A stretch of DNA of 64,000 nucleotides, from positions 8,887 to 72,886 of IMG/VR virus record IMGVR_UViG_3300042397_001844; one strand, 5' to 3'. Positions 10,346 through 21,014 of this stretch are shown piece by piece. The position numbers were made by a program, and so were the translations under genes. Numbering within the stretch: position 1 is the stretch's first letter; each line of letters opens with the position of its first letter. This stretch comes from a virus. The notes under the pieces are model-generated. The model saw only the letters and a program-made list of their open reading frames with translations. It was not told the origin of the DNA and ran no database searches.

Positions 10346-10750
10346 TTACCAGCTTATCTCCCAATCTTTAAAATCAGCTGCTAAGCAATCAATTTTATAA
10401 TCCTTTCTACCACCCATAACTTCTTGAATCTTATTTTTAGCTACGTTACGGATACCATTCAATCCATGTGTTAATTCTAAATTGTTACCATCTTTAATTC
10501 CTTTACGATAGTTTGATTCGTTGTGCCAAATATGTAAGTTCATTTGTGATAACACTACAATTGCTCTGATTGTTTCTGCTGTAATTGGTTCTTTACTCTC
10601 ATCCAAATATAATTGAATATCATGCACAATTGCGTTAATTTCTTCCGCATATTCTTCTTTGTGTTCAGCGATAAACACCTCTTTCAATTGTACGATAGAT
10701 AATCTGTCTACTAATTCGCTTAATGTTGGTAAGTACTTTCTGTCTGCCAT
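10346..10750 (-). CDS. Hypothetical helical protein (DUF4254/DUF6165-like)
   Basis: LSELVDRLSIVQLK motif, located inside the glycan locus. Confidence 0.45.
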   Translation of the reverse strand: MADRKYLPTLSELVDRLSIVQLKEVFIAEHKEEYAEEINAIVHDIQLYLDESKEPITAETIRAIVVLSQMNLHIWHNESNYRKGIKDGNNLELTHGLNGIRNVAKNKIQEVMGGRKDYKIDCLAADFKDWEISW

Positions 10751-10752
10751 AA

Positions 10753-11688
10753 TTAAAGGTTTGTAAAATTTTGATTGTTTTTGTTTATTACGATTTTGTA
10801 TGCTGACATCAATTGTTTGATTCCGTAATCTAAATCATAAATTGGTTTCCATCCTAATGCTTCTAACTTCTCATTTGATACGATATAATTTCTCTTATCA
10901 AAATCTTCTTTGAAATCATCTTGCTTAATCACTAATGATGGTATGTGTGATTTTATTTTTTCTGCTAATTCTAATTTGCTTAAGTTAGCAGTTGATAAAC
11001 CTACATTGAATGCATGCCCTTTACACTTATCGTAGTTTTCAATAATAAATTGGAATGTACGAGCTATGTCTTGAACGTGAATGTAGTTTCTCTTAAAGTG
11101 CGCTTCAAATAATACTAAGTATCCATCTACTACACTCTTATAAACGAAATCGTTTACCAATAAATCAGTTCTCATACGAGGTGATACACCAAATACAGTT
11201 GCTAATCTCAATGATACACCATTTCCTTTTGCCAACATAGTGTTCTCTGCATCACACTTAGTTTTAGCGTAAAGTGATAACGGATTAAATGGCGATTCTT
11301 CGGTGATGATTGAATCCGATGAACCATATTGTGAATTGGTATTAGGTAAGATTAATTTTTGGTCATCTCTTAACACTTCAACAATATCAGCTACTTGTTG
11401 ATAGTTTACAGCTACCGTTAATTCCGGATTAGCTTTACATGCAGGCATTCCTACAATTGCCGCCAATGGAATAATTACATCGTGCAATCCTACCAACTCC
11501 TGTAAAAGTTTTTTATCTCTTACATCTCCTAATTCAAATTGAAATTTAGGATTACCAAATAAATGTAATAAAGTTACTTGGTCATACATTAAATTGTCCA
11601 ATACCGTAACAGTGTAACCTGCTTCTAATAAATGTCTGGTTAAATTTGAACCTAAGTAACCAGCTCCTCCTGTAATTAATACTTTCAT
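10753..11688 (-). CDS. NAD-dependent NDP-sugar epimerase/dehydratase (extended SDR)
   Basis: TGGAGYLGS, YAKTK, RLATVFG. Confidence 0.9.
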   Translation of the reverse strand: MKVLITGGAGYLGSNLTRHLLEAGYTVTVLDNLMYDQVTLLHLFGNPKFQFELGDVRDKKLLQELVGLHDVIIPLAAIVGMPACKANPELTVAVNYQQVADIVEVLRDDQKLILPNTNSQYGSSDSIITEESPFNPLSLYAKTKCDAENTMLAKGNGVSLRLATVFGVSPRMRTDLLVNDFVYKSVVDGYLVLFEAHFKRNYIHVQDIARTFQFIIENYDKCKGHAFNVGLSTANLSKLELAEKIKSHIPSLVIKQDDFKEDFDKRNYIVSNEKLEALGWKPIYDLDYGIKQLMSAYKIVINKNNQNFTNL

Positions 11689-12659
11689 ACTCTTTGTTTT
11701 ATATCGTTATATACTATTGTTAATCCATCTCTTAAAGATGTTTGTGCTTCCCAACCTAATTCTTTTTTTGCTAAACTACAATCACACCATTGTCCCCAAA
11801 TGACTGTGTTCTTTGTTGTATCCCATTCAATGTTAATATCCTTACCACTAATTTCTACAACAGTGTTTGCTATATCTTCAATGGTACATCTTTCACCCTT
11901 ACCAACATTATATGGTCCAACGATTTGTTTCGTATCCATTGCTTCAATCATTTTATCAATACAATCTAATGCATCTTCAATGAAACAATAAGAACGTGTT
12001 TCCTTCCCAGTTCCCCATACACTAAATGGTACTTCAGGATATTTGATTGCTCTATGTGAAAATACAGGAATAACCGAACCACTCTCTAACTTAAAGTCCT
12101 GATTTGGTCCGTAGATTCCAATGAATCTTGCTATTGCTACTTTCATCCAATCATTCTCAACTACTGCTGATTCAATAGCTTTCTCACCAATCAACTTTGC
12201 CCAACCATATGTTAGTTCGGGATTAGCTGGGTAAGCATCTGATTCTTTAATCATTGGAGAATCTGCTATTGTTTGTAACTCCTTTGGATAGATGTGTGCT
12301 GATGATGCGTAGAAATATGTATCTATTTTATTTTCAATAATACCTCTCAATACATTACTATCCATTTTCATATTTGAGTTCATCACATCATATGGTTTGG
12401 ATAGATATGTTCCAATACCACCTACTTTAGATGCCAAATGAATTACCATATCTTTATCTTTGAACAAATGACTTACTTGCTCATAATTGGTTAAATCATA
12501 GTAAACTAATTTTATGTTTGATTTAACTTCTTCTAAAAATTCAGCCTTACCTCTTTCCAAATTATCGATTACCGTAACTTCATATCCTTGCTTAACTAAT
12601 CTCTTAACTAAATGAGAACCTATGAATCCAGCACCGCCTGTAACTAATATTTTTTTCAT
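11685..12659 (-). CDS. NAD-dependent NDP-sugar epimerase (GDP-mannose 3,5-epimerase-like)
   Basis: TGGAGFIGS, YASSA, DAYPANP, YGWAK, WGTGKETRSY. Confidence 0.85.
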   Translation of the reverse strand: MKKILVTGGAGFIGSHLVKRLVKQGYEVTVIDNLERGKAEFLEEVKSNIKLVYYDLTNYEQVSHLFKDKDMVIHLASKVGGIGTYLSKPYDVMNSNMKMDSNVLRGIIENKIDTYFYASSAHIYPKELQTIADSPMIKESDAYPANPELTYGWAKLIGEKAIESAVVENDWMKVAIARFIGIYGPNQDFKLESGSVIPVFSHRAIKYPEVPFSVWGTGKETRSYCFIEDALDCIDKMIEAMDTKQIVGPYNVGKGERCTIEDIANTVVEISGKDINIEWDTTKNTVIWGQWCDCSLAKKELGWEAQTSLRDGLTIVYNDIKQRV

Positions 12660-12664
12660 ATGTT

Positions 12665-13366
12665 TTATTTTGCGAAAAACATTCCGTAGTTTACACGTCT
12701 TTCTGGGTTAATTAATTTATCCAATTCCAAATCTTCTAAAGTATAAAAGTTATTAGGATATTGTAAATATGGGTCTCCCTTATCGGAGAAAGTTACCTTT
12801 TCAAAAATATTACCTTCTTCAAAATATCCAATAACACCAAATTGATTGTATCCAATACTTTGTAAGTGTTCTAATATTTTATATAAGTTATCCTTTTCTT
12901 CTTCATGCCATTCAAAACAAATATCATTAGCTTTTTGTGTCAATCCACTTAATACATTATATTCATATCCCTCAACATCAATCTTAATTAAATCAGGCAT
13001 ACCATATCTTTCAATCATAGCATCAAGCGTTGTTGATTGAACTTTAATAGGAGCTGCCCATTTAGTTGAATTTTCTTCAATATATTTACTACCTTTAGTA
13101 AATCTAGAGTTTTCCATAAATTGAGTTGATGCGGTAGAAATTCCAGATGCGTTTGGATTTATATAAAAATCCAATTGCTCACCGTCTCTATCCGAAACTA
13201 AATTATTAAGTAAGGAAAAGTTGTAGTTTGTAAAAAAATGTTGAGATACAGAATTAACCAAATTTGGATTTGCTTCCACAGCTATTACATTACAATCTTT
13301 GTATTTGTTGAAACATGTTTGTGTAAACTCCCCAACATTAAACCCGATATCAAATATTAAATTCAT
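12665..13366 (-). CDS. FkbM-family methyltransferase
   Basis: FDIGFNVG, VEANP, TTLD, IKIDVEGYE. Confidence 0.9.
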   Translation of the reverse strand: MNLIFDIGFNVGEFTQTCFNKYKDCNVIAVEANPNLVNSVSQHFFTNYNFSLLNNLVSDRDGEQLDFYINPNASGISTASTQFMENSRFTKGSKYIEENSTKWAAPIKVQSTTLDAMIERYGMPDLIKIDVEGYEYNVLSGLTQKANDICFEWHEEEKDNLYKILEHLQSIGYNQFGVIGYFEEGNIFEKVTFSDKGDPYLQYPNNFYTLEDLELDKLINPERRVNYGMFFAK

Positions 13367-13377
13367 ATTTTTGTTTT

Positions 13378-14325
13378 TTATTTTCTAAAAGTGTTTTTAT
13401 TTTGCTTAAACCAATCTATTGTTATTTTTAAACCATCTATTAACGTAGTATCGGGAACATATCCATATGTTTCTTTGAACTTAGTCATATCATAGAATCT
13501 TCTTGGTTGTCCATCGGGTCTATCCGAATTCCAAACTATGTTTCCATTATATTCAGTTAATTGAGCTATTGTTTCAACTAATTCTTTAACAGTCGATTCA
13601 ACACCAGTTCCCAAATTAAAAGGACCTGATTCTTTACAATCAACCGAATCTATAATTGCTTTCACTGCATCATCTACATAAAGAAATTCTCTAGTTGCTT
13701 TTCCTGTTCCCCAAACTTCAACACTATCAGAATTATTATCTTTAGCTTCTATAAATTTTCTAATTAAAGCAGGTACAACATGAGATGCTTCTAAATTAAA
13801 ATTATCTTCAGGTCCATATAAATTTGCTGGAAGTAATATTGTTGAATCAAATCCGTATTGCTCTCTATATGCCCAACTTTGTATGATTAAGTTTTTCTTA
13901 GCCAATGAATACCCATATGAATTTTCATCAGGCAATCCATTCCAAAAACCTTCTTCGGTAAATGGTACAGGTAAGTTTTTAGGGTAACCGCATCCAGCTG
14001 CTAATGATACAAACTTCTCAACACCGTTTAGGTATGAATTATGCATCAATAACACGCCCATCATTATATTCTCATAAAAGAATTCAGCCGGTTTAGCTTT
14101 ATTAATTGCAACTCCACCAACCTTTCCAGCTAAGTGTAGTACTATTTCTGGTTTGTGTAATTGTAAAAATCCTTTTACATCTCCTTCTTTTGTTAAATTA
14201 ACTTCCGTTGATGTTGGTGTTAATAAATTATCAGCTCCCATCTCTTTCAATGTTCTAACTAATGCTTTACCAACAAATCCATTAGCCCCAGTAATTAATA
14301 TTTTTTTATTTATCCAATTTTTCAT
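13378..14325 (-). CDS. fcl: GDP-L-fucose synthase-like epimerase/reductase
   Basis: HLAGKVGG, YSLAK, PANLYGPEDNF, SHVVPALIRKF, WGTGKATREFLYVDD. Confidence 0.8.
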   Translation of the reverse strand: MKNWINKKILITGANGFVGKALVRTLKEMGADNLLTPTSTEVNLTKEGDVKGFLQLHKPEIVLHLAGKVGGVAINKAKPAEFFYENIMMGVLLMHNSYLNGVEKFVSLAAGCGYPKNLPVPFTEEGFWNGLPDENSYGYSLAKKNLIIQSWAYREQYGFDSTILLPANLYGPEDNFNLEASHVVPALIRKFIEAKDNNSDSVEVWGTGKATREFLYVDDAVKAIIDSVDCKESGPFNLGTGVESTVKELVETIAQLTEYNGNIVWNSDRPDGQPRRFYDMTKFKETYGYVPDTTLIDGLKITIDWFKQNKNTFRK

Positions 14326-14330
14326 TTTTG

Positions 14331-14960
14331 TTATTTTATTTTTTTAGATGTGAAATATAAAGAACCACCACATTCTCTTAACTTATTGTTAAAGCAATAT
14401 GGTTCAAATGTTAATCCATTTTCCTTAAATTTATCTTCCCAAAATTCATATGGAAACGCAGATGGGTGATGTTCAGATTGATGTGTAGAAATACTTCCTA
14501 TAAAAATACCATCATCACTTAAATGATTCATTGCATTGGTAAAATAGTTATTAAGATTATTTGGAAATATATGTTCAATATTTTCCCAAGTACTTATACA
14601 ATCAAATTTAACAATGATTTCTTCATCTGAAATGGTGTATGGTTCGCCAGCATCTGCCAAAAAGAAATTCTTATTATAATAAGATTTCCAATTATGATGT
14701 CCGGCTGCTGCTTCGTTAGTTAAAACGTGGTCTACTCCATCTATTCCATAAGCATTATGTCCTTTGGTAAAACAATCAACTATAAATTGTCCACCAGCAC
14801 ATCCTATATCTAAAATGTACAATCCGTCTGTTCTATTAAAATATTTTTCAATTTCTTCTATTAAACCAGCGTTTGTATGATTATCAGCTACATTTCCAAT
14901 TGGATTTGTATAATCAAAGCTTTCATATACTATTTGTTTTTTTGTTTTTATTTTTATCAT
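14331..14960 (-). CDS. Class I SAM-dependent methyltransferase
   Basis: ILDIGCAGG, FDCISTWENIEH. Confidence 0.85.
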   Translation of the reverse strand: MIKIKTKKQIVYESFDYTNPIGNVADNHTNAGLIEEIEKYFNRTDGLYILDIGCAGGQFIVDCFTKGHNAYGIDGVDHVLTNEAAAGHHNWKSYYNKNFFLADAGEPYTISDEEIIVKFDCISTWENIEHIFPNNLNNYFTNAMNHLSDDGIFIGSISTHQSEHHPSAFPYEFWEDKFKENGLTFEPYCFNNKLRECGGSLYFTSKKIK

Positions 14961-14965
14961 ATTTT

Positions 14966-15724
14966 TTATTTTTTTGTGAAGTAAAATGAAGGTTTGCCAC
15001 CATCTTTACAATTTAAATTTATATCAAATTCATCCAATCCAGTTAAATTTAATTCTAGTTTATTCATAACAATAAATTCATTAACAGAATGATAGACACC
15101 TGGCCAATCGTTTAAATCATAATCATGTCCAGACAATATACCACCTATTTTTAATTTTTTATACCATGCATTTAAATCAGATTTTACAGAATTATAATCA
15201 TGTGCACCATCAATATAAACAAAATCCAAACTAGCATCTTCAAACATCTCACTAGCGGATGGTGAATATGCCTTTATCATTTCACATCTTTCACCAAATG
15301 GTTCTAATATACTTTTACAAGTTTCGTATATTTCTTTAGCTAGCCAATCGTATTTTTTTAAAAATATATCAACTTTAGTATTATTAATATTTTTATAAAT
15401 GTAATTATAAATAAATGATGTAATTAATGAAGGTTTTGTTTGAATTGATAATACATATTCCATATCACTATCGGATAAGATATTTAAAAATCTTATAAAA
15501 AATACATTATTAGTTAAATTTTTTTCTAGTATTTCATCGATAGTAGCTCCCAATTCAGCGTTACGTTCCCAAGGGTCAATAGCGTATAGTTTTTTAATTG
15601 ATGTATTATCTAATATAAATTTACTAAAATATCCATCTCTTACACCAACCTCAACGGCTAATTCAGCTTTAGTTTTATTAAGATGTAAAATTAATTCCCT
15701 TCTGTTTTTAAATTGTGCACTCAT
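14966..15724 (-). CDS. Methyltransf_24-like SAM-dependent methyltransferase
   Basis: VEVGVRDG, IDPW, LDFVYIDGAHDY, GGILSGHDY. Confidence 0.85.
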   Translation of the reverse strand: MSAQFKNRRELILHLNKTKAELAVEVGVRDGYFSKFILDNTSIKKLYAIDPWERNAELGATIDEILEKNLTNNVFFIRFLNILSDSDMEYVLSIQTKPSLITSFIYNYIYKNINNTKVDIFLKKYDWLAKEIYETCKSILEPFGERCEMIKAYSPSASEMFEDASLDFVYIDGAHDYNSVKSDLNAWYKKLKIGGILSGHDYDLNDWPGVYHSVNEFIVMNKLELNLTGLDEFDINLNCKDGGKPSFYFTKK

Positions 15725-15725
15725 A

Positions 15726-16676
15726 CTATTTAATTAAATGTTTATTTTCGTTATACCAATCGATTGTTTTTCTAAGATTGTTTTCTAATGTATCAGGCAT
15801 AATAGTATCCATCCACCCAAATTTTTCTTTTGCCAAAGATATGTTTAATACCTTATGCTTAACACCTACAAATCTATTTGTATTATAGAATATATTTCCA
15901 TCATATCCAACCAACACTTTTATAGTTTCTGCTAAATCTCTAATTGTAGTTGTCGAACCAGTTCCTATATTAATCAAATCACCATCGTAATCAATAACTG
16001 CCAAAAGTGCTTTAATTTGGTCTTCAATGTAAATTAATTCTCTAGTCTGAGTACCGTCTCCCCACACTTCAACTTCAGGTACGTTATTATCTTTAGCTTC
16101 AACAAACTTTCTAACCAAAGCAGATACAACGTGAGCTTTTTCTCTATCAAATGAATCGTGTGGACCGTATAGTGTTGCAAACACTACCGTTGTTCCTTTC
16201 AATCCGTATTGGTCTTTATATGCACCAATTCCAGTTGTCATCACCTTCTTTGTTAATCCATACACATCAACCGATTCGTGCATAGGTCCGTTCCAATAAT
16301 CACCTTCATGCAATTCTTCAATTGCACCAGGATAAGAACAAGAACTACCAATACCAATAAACTTTGCCTGTGGTTGGTATTTATTCCAACATGCTAATGT
16401 ATTTGCATGTATTTTACAATTTGTATCAAATTGTTCAGCTTTGTGCCTTAATGGCCAATCACCAGCACCCTGCAATACAGCTGCGTGTATTATATAATCA
16501 TATGTTTTATTAAAATCGGTGAATGCTCTTTCCGATTCTGATACAATTGATAAATCATATGAAGAACCAAAATAATCTGCTTCTCCACCATTATCAATAA
16601 CATATTTAACTAAATTCTTACCTAAAAATCCAGTTCCACCAGTTACTAAAAACTTTTTTCCTTTTACTATTTCCAT
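15726..16676 (-). CDS. Second GDP-fucose-synthase-like epimerase/reductase
   Basis: TGGTGFLG, SSCSYP, YGLTK, HVVSALVRKF, WGDGTQTRE. Confidence 0.8.
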   Translation of the reverse strand: MEIVKGKKFLVTGGTGFLGKNLVKYVIDNGGEADYFGSSYDLSIVSESERAFTDFNKTYDYIIHAAVLQGAGDWPLRHKAEQFDTNCKIHANTLACWNKYQPQAKFIGIGSSCSYPGAIEELHEGDYWNGPMHESVDVYGLTKKVMTTGIGAYKDQYGLKGTTVVFATLYGPHDSFDREKAHVVSALVRKFVEAKDNNVPEVEVWGDGTQTRELIYIEDQIKALLAVIDYDGDLINIGTGSTTTIRDLAETIKVLVGYDGNIFYNTNRFVGVKHKVLNISLAKEKFGWMDTIMPDTLENNLRKTIDWYNENKHLIK

Positions 16677-17608
16677 TTTTTATTGTTTTTTATATGTTCG
16701 TATAAATTTTTTGATTTATAATTTAAACTTTTGTTATAAGCGTTTTCAATCATCTGCTCATAATCTTTGTAGTTATGTAATATATCCCTAATCAAACCTT
16801 CTAATTCACTATTATCATTGAAGTAAATAAAATCAACATTTGGTTCATAATAGTATTCTATTAAATTCCAATAATCTCTTTTACATAAAATCAAAGTCCT
16901 ACTAAATGCTGATTCATGTACTCTTTGTTTAAATTGAGGTGCTCTACCCCAATCATCCATATACGCAAATGCCTCATTTTCCCACCACTTATCATATTGT
17001 TTAATACCATGTTGGTGATGCGGCTGAAAATGTAACATATTGTAACAAACTGATATTTTTGTTTTGGCAACTATATCTAATTTTTCTTTAAATGATACAT
17101 TAAAATCGGTTGGTGCAAATGGAGGTGCATAATTTTGTTGTGATATAAATCTATAATTAAATTTACTTATTTGTTGTAAACACTCAGCATGGTCTATACC
17201 ATGTATTCCACCAAAGTAAACAACATCATAAATTTTTTCTTGTCTTTCTGGAATTACATCATCACCAAACGGATAAAATATAGCTTCATGCTTTTCGTCA
17301 CCAAGCATTGTATTCATCCATTTAGCCGAATATGGACATATTGTATATACTTTAGTAAAATACTTAGTTTGTTGTAATGCATCTTCTCCTATTTCATTTT
17401 GAGGAAATACAAATTCACAAGGTTGCCATAGATTTAAAAGTTTTCTACTTTCAAAATCTTTGTATTTGTTTTGAATATCAAAATTCCAAGTGCAGTTTAT
17501 TCCTTGCATCAATACATCGTTTGTACTTGGTACTTCATGCTTATCTAAATTTAGATAAAAATTAACACCATCAGGAGTTTCACCTGCCATGTCTTTTACT
17601 ATTAACAT
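16667..17608 (-). CDS. GT-B glycosyltransferase-like protein (CgeB / Glyco_trans_1_2-like)
   Basis: YDVVYFGG, KQRVHESA, YEPNVDFIYF, MIENAY. Confidence 0.65.
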   Translation of the reverse strand: MLIVKDMAGETPDGVNFYLNLDKHEVPSTNDVLMQGINCTWNFDIQNKYKDFESRKLLNLWQPCEFVFPQNEIGEDALQQTKYFTKVYTICPYSAKWMNTMLGDEKHEAIFYPFGDDVIPERQEKIYDVVYFGGIHGIDHAECLQQISKFNYRFISQQNYAPPFAPTDFNVSFKEKLDIVAKTKISVCYNMLHFQPHHQHGIKQYDKWWENEAFAYMDDWGRAPQFKQRVHESAFSRTLILCKRDYWNLIEYYYEPNVDFIYFNDNSELEGLIRDILHNYKDYEQMIENAYNKSLNYKSKNLYEHIKNNKKWK

Positions 17609-18459
17609 AATATAAATTGTTTTGGATAAAATTTTTCTCTTTTTAAAGTTGGAGAATCCGGAGAATAATACTCAGGAGCAACTACTATTTTATTTTGATT
17701 TGGATTAACATATGCAGCCCACCATCCGAAACTACTAGCGTGCGAAAGTATGTTGTGGTCACATAACATAATTCTACAAAAATCATCTATTTGTGGTTGC
17801 CCTTCGGAAAACAAAAACTCATCTCCTTTAAAGAAGTTTTTACACCACTCCACATCAGTCGAGTTATCTTCGTTGAATCTCTGTCCACCAGTGAATACTA
17901 AAAACTTTACATTTTTACCCTCAAATACTTTTTTTGCTTTTGTAAAATATTGCTCATATAAACCACCAGGATTAAATGCTTCTATAAGTTCAGTTTGCCC
18001 ATTAGTCATATTATCACCTCTCCTAACGTGAACACTTACTATTTCACAATTATACTTATCTTTCAAAGATTGGATATATTGCTTACCATTATTTAGATAT
18101 TCATCTTTAGGAGTCAGTTCTTTTTTAATTTGAGATTCAATATGTTCAAAATAAAATGTACTTTGAAAGAATCCCTCCAATGTTGTGTTATCTGGAACAT
18201 TGAAGAAATTATCATCATACTTTTGCCACGTTGGTTCTTCGTATAAATTTTGCAAAGTATTCATATCTTCTTGAGTTGCATATTCACATTCTATATTAAA
18301 TTTATCTAATAATGAAACTTGCCCATGCCAACTCATTGTTTGTGGATTTGGTATCTTAGCTATGTATCCGTTTTTCAAAGCCAACCCTTTTAAAGCTGCG
18401 TATTGAAATAATTGATTTCCCAATCTACCTAATTCTCCTAATTTATGAAATGTTATCAT
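17602..18459 (-). CDS. Alpha-1,2-fucosyltransferase, GT11
   Basis: GRLGNQLFQYA, GFFQS, VHVRRGD, SSFGWWAAY. Confidence 0.9.
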   Translation of the reverse strand: MITFHKLGELGRLGNQLFQYAALKGLALKNGYIAKIPNPQTMSWHGQVSLLDKFNIECEYATQEDMNTLQNLYEEPTWQKYDDNFFNVPDNTTLEGFFQSTFYFEHIESQIKKELTPKDEYLNNGKQYIQSLKDKYNCEIVSVHVRRGDNMTNGQTELIEAFNPGGLYEQYFTKAKKVFEGKNVKFLVFTGGQRFNEDNSTDVEWCKNFFKGDEFLFSEGQPQIDDFCRIMLCDHNILSHASSFGWWAAYVNPNQNKIVVAPEYYSPDSPTLKREKFYPKQFILC

Positions 18460-20291
18460 TTTAAAAGTTTTTTAAAAAATTGATTATATTTAGTTACCAC
18501 CATTTCTTCTGAATTAAATTGCTTAACATACTCCAAATCCATATGATAGTTTTTATTGTAAAGAATATCATATAATTTAGATGCATATTCTTCTGTACCA
18601 TCTACTATGTATCCATTCTTTCCATCGTTTACCAAATCAGCGGCAATGTTAGTTGGAAATGAAACTAATGGTGTATTGTTTTTAATACATTCGGTAGCCA
18701 TCATCGGCCCAGCATCTGCTAAAGTTGTTAGAGCAAATACATCTACATTTTTGTAAACTTTAGATAACTCTTTTCTATTTGGAATTACTCCCAAATATTC
18801 AACCTCAAATTTAGTATCTATATTCGATTTAGGACCAATCGTCTTAATTAAAATATCATTTGGATTATCACACATTTTATAAAGCCAATCTAATATATTT
18901 TCAAAATACTCTTTTCCTTTCCTAGTAGTTTCAGGCTGCGTAGTTCCCCATAATATAGTTTTTCTACTTCCCGTTTGCTTTTCAGTATTATCTACTTCAA
19001 TCTCATCAAATGGAAATGGTATAAATTCATATGGTATATTCGATAGCTTACTTTTTAAATGTACATTCAATGAATGAGTAGAACCAACTATAATATAAGA
19101 TTCAACCGAATTGTATAATTCCACACGCTTATCTATAAATACACCATCAAACAAACCATCTAATTCAGGATATTCTGATTTGTTACCATACATCCAATGT
19201 GTCATTGTTATGTTTACCAATTTACTATCATTGGTTTGACATATGTTTTTTATTAAATTTTCGGGTAAATCATTACCAGAAGCGATTAATATTTTATGCT
19301 TTGGTATTTCATTCAATAGATATGGTATATTTTGCTGACATGGTTCTATGTAAGATAGAAAATCAGTTTCATCAACTTTATTTTTACTTTTAGTAAAATC
19401 AAAAACAGGCAAAACTTTAACTCTTACATTATCAAGCTTTTTTAATATCTTATAAAGAATATAGCTACCACTAACAGAATCTCCATAATCAATATCACCA
19501 CATACATACAAAACATCACAATATGTTTCTTTTCTTATTTTCCTATATCCAATATACGAATGTAAAAATTTAAAGTCAAAGAAAGAATACAAATTTATTA
19601 CAGGCAAATTATTTGAACTTATAAGAGCAGTTGCTGTAATTACATTTTTTTGCTTAAGAAACTGAAATATTCTATACCAAAAACTATATGATAGATGTGC
19701 GTATTTAGAATTAACTCCTCCCAATTCTAAATTACAAGTGTTAGTAGTATCATCTATTTTGAATGCCATAAATGAGAATACAACACCATCAATTTCTCCA
19801 ACAAATAAATTTGATTTTTTCTTCAAATCATCAATCCAATTTGAGTTTCTTGATTTAGCCAAATCTTTTGATATTTTTGGGTCTTCAAAAAATCTACCAT
19901 GATTAAAATTATTTGATGAAATATCCTTAATAGTATCGATATCATTATCAGTAGCCTCTCTTAAAATAAAATTAAACTTTTCAAGTATTTTATTTTCTTT
20001 TAAAGTTTTCAAATTGTTTGAAACTAATAAACTACTTTCTATGTTTATATAGTTGGATGCTTCTAAAACTTGCTTTATCAAACTATCAGTTGGTTGTATT
20101 CTCAATGATGTATATACTACATTATTTTCTTTACAATATAAATCAAATTTATCAATTAATTGTATTCCACTTTCTAAAGAATCTACGCATATTTCATAGA
20201 TTTCATTAGTTTCATTATTAAAAACTTTTGAATTCCAATCTGTCTTTTCAAAGAAAAGGTAATTATTATTATCTATCTCTATTTTTTGCAT
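18456..20291 (-). CDS. Fusion of WecD-like GNAT acyltransferase and GT4-type glycosyltransferase
   Basis: N-terminal TDWNSKVF, HGRFFEDP, NLPVINLY (WecD-like); C-terminal RKG, DVFALTTLADAGPMMATE, DGKNGYIV (GT-B). Confidence 0.7.
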   Translation of the reverse strand: MQKIEIDNNNYLFFEKTDWNSKVFNNETNEIYEICVDSLESGIQLIDKFDLYCKENNVVYTSLRIQPTDSLIKQVLEASNYINIESSLLVSNNLKTLKENKILEKFNFILREATDNDIDTIKDISSNNFNHGRFFEDPKISKDLAKSRNSNWIDDLKKKSNLFVGEIDGVVFSFMAFKIDDTTNTCNLELGGVNSKYAHLSYSFWYRIFQFLKQKNVITATALISSNNLPVINLYSFFDFKFLHSYIGYRKIRKETYCDVLYVCGDIDYGDSVSGSYILYKILKKLDNVRVKVLPVFDFTKSKNKVDETDFLSYIEPCQQNIPYLLNEIPKHKILIASGNDLPENLIKNICQTNDSKLVNITMTHWMYGNKSEYPELDGLFDGVFIDKRVELYNSVESYIIVGSTHSLNVHLKSKLSNIPYEFIPFPFDEIEVDNTEKQTGSRKTILWGTTQPETTRKGKEYFENILDWLYKMCDNPNDILIKTIGPKSNIDTKFEVEYLGVIPNRKELSKVYKNVDVFALTTLADAGPMMATECIKNNTPLVSFPTNIAADLVNDGKNGYIVDGTEEYASKLYDILYNKNYHMDLEYVKQFNSEEMVVTKYNQFFKKLLK

Positions 20292-20297
20292 AATATA

Positions 20298-21014
20298 TTA
20301 TATTGTACCAGAATCTACGTTTATTAATTGACCTGTTATTGAATTAGAATTATCTGATATTAAAAACTCTATTGTGTTTGCTACCGATATCATGTCCGTT
20401 GGCTTTTTTAAAGAAGTTCTATTATAAATTCTATCTTTTTGCTCATTGGTTAATGTACTACTCATATCAGTTTCCATAAAACCGGCTACAATACAATTTG
20501 AACGAATTCCCTTTCTACCCCACTCTCTAGCAGTATTTTTTGAAAATGCTTCTAAAGAACCTTTTGTGGATGCGTACATTGATAATCCATTATATCCAGT
20601 GTGAACACTTATGCTAGATATGTGTACAATAGAACCCATAATTTTATTATATATCATATTTCTAATCACAAACTTTGTTATGATAAATGGAGAAAATACA
20701 TTCACATCATACATTAATTTTAGCTTATCAATATCCATATTAGTTATAATATCATCATATGCAATAGCTGCGTTATTTATGAATCCATGTAAAGGAATAG
20801 AGTTACCAATTTCACTTTTTAACAAAGCTTCCACATCAGCACAATTTTGTAAATCTAATTCAATATGTTTAAAGTTTGGATAGTTTGCTAATTCAGTATG
20901 TGCAGTTCTACCAATACCATATACATTATAACCACTATCTAATAAAATTTTAGCAGTTTTAAATCCCAACCCTCTGGATATGCCTGTTATTAATATATTT
21001 TTATTTTCTTTCAA
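20298..21014 (-). CDS. 3-oxoacyl-ACP reductase-like classical SDR (FabG-like)
   Basis: TGISRGLG, NNAA, YASTK, GFMETDM, TGQLINVDSG. Confidence 0.85.
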   Translation of the reverse strand: MKENKNILITGISRGLGFKTAKILLDSGYNVYGIGRTAHTELANYPNFKHIELDLQNCADVEALLKSEIGNSIPLHGFINNAAIAYDDIITNMDIDKLKLMYDVNVFSPFIITKFVIRNMIYNKIMGSIVHISSISVHTGYNGLSMYASTKGSLEAFSKNTAREWGRKGIRSNCIVAGFMETDMSSTLTNEQKDRIYNRTSLKKPTDMISVANTIEFLISDNSNSITGQLINVDSGTI

